Below are positions 61,859 to 64,000 of a stretch of 64,000 bases of DNA, piece after piece (position 1 is the first letter of the stretch; every line of letters begins with the position of its first letter). The stretch is from Octopus vulgaris. Its lineage: Eukaryota. Both the position numbers and the translations under genes were made by a program. The notes under the pieces were generated by a model that searched no databases, had not been told where the DNA came from, and was given only the letters and a program-made list of their open reading frames with translations. The stretch covers positions 53,816,001-53,880,000 of the forward strand of contig OX597829.1 of assembly GCA_951406725.2 (NCBI GenBank). Reading direction: 5' to 3'.

Positions 61859-63039
61859 GTAAGATATTTATTATATTCATATTATCTACATAATTCTGTT
61901 TAATACACAATATATGACATGGTGATCACTCATTCAATCTTACCTGTTAAATGAATATTATTGTCTTAGATTTTATGCCTATAGATACCTGAGAGAGGCA
62001 ATATTAATAAACTAAATGTATAAATTCTCATTTATTTTCTATATATCAATGGATGATAGACTTCTACTAGTTTAAATTGCATTTTTATTCAATGTAGTTA
62101 AACATCACATATTTTCTGTCAAAAGTTTGTGAAGTGTAACTTGAAATGAGACAGTATTTCACACAGCGGGTGGTAACAATTTTCATTTATAAAACAAGGT
62201 TTGATTAAAACATACTGTGAATGATGCATTATACATATTCTCCTCAAATAAATTTCTTGATTTACATGTGTACAAACACAAAAAAGAAAATTGCTGCTGA
62301 GGTAAAAGTAACAGAAATCAATATACATGACCTGTTGGAATAGAGATACAGCAAATTAATGCCTCACTCAACTGAAACGGGCATTGTATTAAGTTCCATG
62401 GAAACAAGAGTAGAATGACTGGTTCTACTCTGTTTAAACTCTTTATGAAGAGAGGGGAAGTAAACAGTTTGCTTTGGCTGTATTCTGTTCTACCAAAGGA
62501 AAAGAGAGAGAGAGAGAACGTTGTGTTCCACTTTATTTAACCAGTGTACGATTGAGAACTACTGCTTCCTCTCTGGTCACACAAATGGGTGAAAAATAGT
62601 GAATAACTAAAACTTGGTTGATATGAGAGTTGCTATATTAGTTGACTTTTAGATTGTTGAGAAAACAGCAATCAATTAGCATCAAACCAAAACAAGTGGT
62701 TGCAATGGAGCTGATCTAAGTTGCCAGGTGATTGGAACTTTGTTGGAGATCTGTACTTTTTTGAAACTTCATAGCAGATCTATGCTTTATCACTGAGCCA
62801 AGTCATCAACAATTGTGAAATGTACAGCCTTTGACATGATGCCAAGTGTCAGGAAACTTGGCTTCACCTTGTTAAAATAGAATGCTGAGCTATTTGACCA
62901 GAAAATAGGTAGTTTTTAGCTTATAGAAGCAACAAAGTGATATGCTAATGTCCCTTGAGTTATCAATGGTGAATGTAGTATGCTAGAAAACAAGTTGAAA
63001 CTATCATCTTGGATCTATTATTTCATTTGAATGTGTGTA

Positions 63040-63936
63040 CAGGGTGTTTGGGCTAAATTTCACAATTTTTTTGTGTCCCCTTTTTTTTTCAAGAAAAGTA
63101 TGACATATGATGTCAGCAGCATTGGAGGGCATAAAAATTGAAGTTGTAACTGAGAAAAGATTAACAGACATAGAAGACTGGCAGCCATCTGAATATTGGA
63201 AAAGAGTTATTTGAAGTGTGATGATTCGCACTGGATATCAAAATGCCAACAACATGACCGTTACTCAATGCTCTGTGAACACAGAAAGGTTGTAGGATGT
63301 GAACTAGACAACTGCAACAGAGACTACAAAAGCCATGGCTAGCAGGAAGAGACACAGCAGGCATTCTAGCTGCATCTGCATGGTGGAATTCATTCACACA
63401 TTATTGAACAGGATCTTGGGCTCAGTTCAGACAGCTATGTGAAGCTGTTAGAGACCATGGTTAAACCCTGGCTGGAGAGGTTTGCTGCTGGAAGTCCATG
63501 TGTGTAGTAGCAGAATTCGGTTCCTTGTTATACCTCCAGAAAGTGTCAGAAGTGGTTTGAGAATTTCTACGACTTCACTGGTCCCAGTTTCTAATCTCCT
63601 AATTGCCCTGATTGTAATCTGACGGATTACTATGTGTGGGGCTTGATTGAGAAAGACATCAGTCATTCTGTCAGCAATACCAAGTCCAAGCTGGCGGCCA
63701 AGATGAAGGAATTTTTTTGAAGACCTTCCCAAGGATGCAGTGAGGAATACATCTGCCAGGTTTTGGAACCATCTTGAGACCATGGTGGAAGCTGAGGGCA
63801 GCTATTTAAGTAAACTGTTCACAGCCATAATTTAATTTGATATTTTTTGATTTTTTAAAAATATTTTTATTTTTGGAAGAAATATTGTGTTTTCTTTTCC
63901 TTTTGTGCAAACTGTCAAATTTAGAATTGAACATTG
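63040..63936 (+). mobile_element. second, internally deleted DD37D-like transposon
   Basis: TA|CAGGGTG start, imperfect TIR ctaaattt.aca.ttt; YVKLLETMVKPWL, SPNCPDCNLTDYYVWG, LETMVEAEG. Confidence 0.8.
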
Positions 63937-64000
63937 TATCGTGTGTGCATATGCCCTGCATTAATTATTTCAATCTTTCAACAGAAAAATGGCCATACTG

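Noticed and set aside
61859-64000. Further exon of the WD40 gene
   Set aside because: No phase-0 exon with WD-like sequence found; the next exon probably lies beyond the window

Overview
AT-rich, microsatellite- and transposon-dense animal genomic DNA. The SINE/MITE families look like those of Octopus (inference from repeat sequences, not checked by search). One protein-coding gene can be rebuilt by hand on the + strand: 18 GT-AG exons (14385-61858) that join in frame to 728 aa with no stop, encoding an N-terminal EF-hand-like region plus WD40 repeats (WDY/WDR49/EFCAB8-like family); the gene continues past the window end. Nearly all ORFs in the supplied track are microsatellite or transposon artefacts. 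The rest is three tRNA-type SINE families, an RTE-type 3'-end family, CR1/L2 and RTE LINE fragments, a decayed Gypsy LTR element with a tRNA-Trp-like PBS, mariner, DD37D, pogo, hAT, piggyBac and Helitron-like DNA elements, and a Penelope-like GIY-YIG remnant. The most notable signal is a set of about ten minimal type-I hammerhead-ribozyme-like motifs from several unrelated sequence families. Most lie next to (TA)n tracts, several are built into fold-back inverted repeats, and four are on the sense strand of the host pre-mRNA. Ribozyme activity is untested.
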